Assembly (NCBI RefSeq): GCF_006345805.1
Contig: NW_021828137.1
Location: forward strand, 1 to 9,002
Reading direction: 5' to 3'
DNA length: 9,002 nucleotides
DNA from: Octopus sinensis
Taxonomy: Eukaryota
This document shows, piece after piece, positions 7,837-9,002 of the stretch (positions within the stretch are counted from its first letter, which is position 1; the number at the start of each line of letters is the position of its first letter). The position numbers and the translations under genes were made by a program. Under the pieces are notes generated by a model. That model saw only the letters and a program-made list of their open reading frames with translations, was not told the DNA's origin and searched no databases.

Positions 7837-8019
7837 AAGGCGGCAGGCTTGCAGAATCGTTACCGCGACGGGCAAAATGCTTAGTAGCATTTCATCTGTC
7901 TTCAGGTTCTGAGTTCAAATTCCGACGAGATCGACTTTGCTTTTCATCATTTCGACTAAAATTTCCCCAAGGCGGTGCCCCAGCATGGCCGCAGTCTAAT
8001 GACTGAAACAAGTAAAAGA
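7837..8019 (+). mobile_element. Chimeric SINE: family A head joined to family B tail
   Basis: 7837-7950 aligns to the family A head and domain. ~7950-8019 (tcgactaa...aaggcggtgccccagcatggccgcagtctaatgactgaaacaagtaaaaga) aligns to the family B 3' end. Confidence 0.8.
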
Positions 8020-8269
8020 CGAATCCTTCAAACAAGAGGAATTCAATAATAGGCAAACCGGGTTAAGGTCAACGATCTGGAATGGTCCACAGATACCGAA
8101 AGAGAATTCTACATTATCTCTATTTGGTACGTCTGTTTAGCTCAATTCCATAGAACTGAACACCACTATCACCACCAACTAATTCGATTGTATTCTAAAC
8201 TCCAAATTTTGCCGTCTTGAACCAATATAAAAATATTAATATTTCAGTTCAACAGACATCTACTAATGC

Positions 8270-8515
8270 GTTACATGAACCCATCGTCAGTATTGTATCC
8301 CGGGTTTGTGGGTGTTTCAGGACTTACAACATAGACCCACCTCCAGGTGATTCGGTTAAGGTTGATTAAGCATAGGTTTGTATCTAAGCGGCGTACTATT
8401 GACTTCACCGATCACTGCTTTTCAGCCACAGCCACCTAGATACTTCCTCAGCAGCCTCTACGTTATTCTTGATGGCTTCTAAACCTTATACTCTGGTTTT
8501 ATATTCCAAAGTTTT
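8270..8515 (-). mobile_element. 3' end (ORF C-terminus plus 3' UTR) of a HERO-like RLE non-LTR retrotransposon, copy 1
   Basis: Minus frame 8485-8405 reads GLEAIKNNVEAAEEVSRWLWLKSSDR*, preceded out of frame by FGI*NQSIR. This matches my recollection of HERO C-termini (LGI..R.AIK...EAAE..S.WLWLKR.D.W). The UTR tcacctggagg..gaaacaccc..ggataca..actgacgatg also resembles recalled HERO 3' UTRs. Boundaries approximate. Confidence 0.65.
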
Positions 8516-8791
8516 GATTATAAAACAGAAACTTACCCCACAACACTATGTGTTTTTGTGTTATTTATTTAAACTAATTCGATTGTATTCTAAACTCCAA
8601 AATTTGCCGTCTTGAACCAATATAAAAATATTAATATTTCAGTTCAATAGACATCTACTTATGCGTTAAATGAACCCATCGTCAGTAATGTATCCCAGGA
8701 TTAGTGGGTGTTTCAAGCCTTAAAACATAGACTCACCTCCAGGTGATTCGGTTAAAGTTGATTAAGCTTAGGTCTGTACCTAAGCGGCGTA

Positions 8792-8881
8792 CTATTGACT
8801 CCACCGATCACTGCTTTTCAGCCACAGCCACCAAGATACTTCCTCAGCAGCCTCCACGTTATTCTTGATGGCTTCTAAACC
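8792..8881 (-). pseudogene. HERO-like retrotransposon ORF C-terminal remnant, copy 2
   Basis: Minus frame 8881-8792 reads GLEAIKNNVEAAEEVSWWLWLKSSDRWSQ*. It retains TGG (Trp) where copy 1 has TGA, and there is an in-frame stop immediately upstream. Confidence 0.62.
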
Positions 8882-9002
8882 TTATACTCTGGTTTTATAT
8901 TCCAAAGTTTTGATTACAAAACAGAAACTTACCCCCCACAACACTATGTGCTTTTGTGTTAAACAACCAAGTTATTTATTTAGTTTCAAGTTGGCTAGAT
9001 TC

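Larger units (their letters stand above)
8177..8982. repeat. Tandem duplication, two ~395-410 bp units
   Basis: aactaattcgattgtattc starts at 8177 and 8572. A hand count gives about 20 substitutions and three indels (1, 2 and 13 nt) between units. Confidence 0.97.

Overview
Non-coding, repeat-dense animal DNA. The SINE families and microsatellite load look like an Octopus (coleoid cephalopod) intron or intergenic region; this is recognition from memory, not a search result. No intact gene is supported, and the supplied ORFs are microsatellite or SINE artefacts. The window holds many (TA)n/(CA)n/(GA)n/(CCA)n/(AAT)n tracts and about ten copies or fragments of three tRNA-derived SINE families. 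These include a 110-bp SINE-derived minisatellite, 184-bp internal multimers, inverted pairs and a chimera. There are two Penelope-type minimal hammerhead ribozyme motifs (322-356 +, probably dead; 3742-3784 -, core intact, inside a nested inverted repeat). At the end is a ~395-bp tandem duplication carrying the 3' end of a HERO-like RLE non-LTR retrotransposon on the minus strand. The most unusual observation is in that 3' UTR: it contains all three hammerhead core strands (GUC, GAAA, CUGACGA) with degenerate but matching stems, in an order that fits none of types I, II or III. This suggests a decayed, naturally permuted or pseudoknotted hammerhead.
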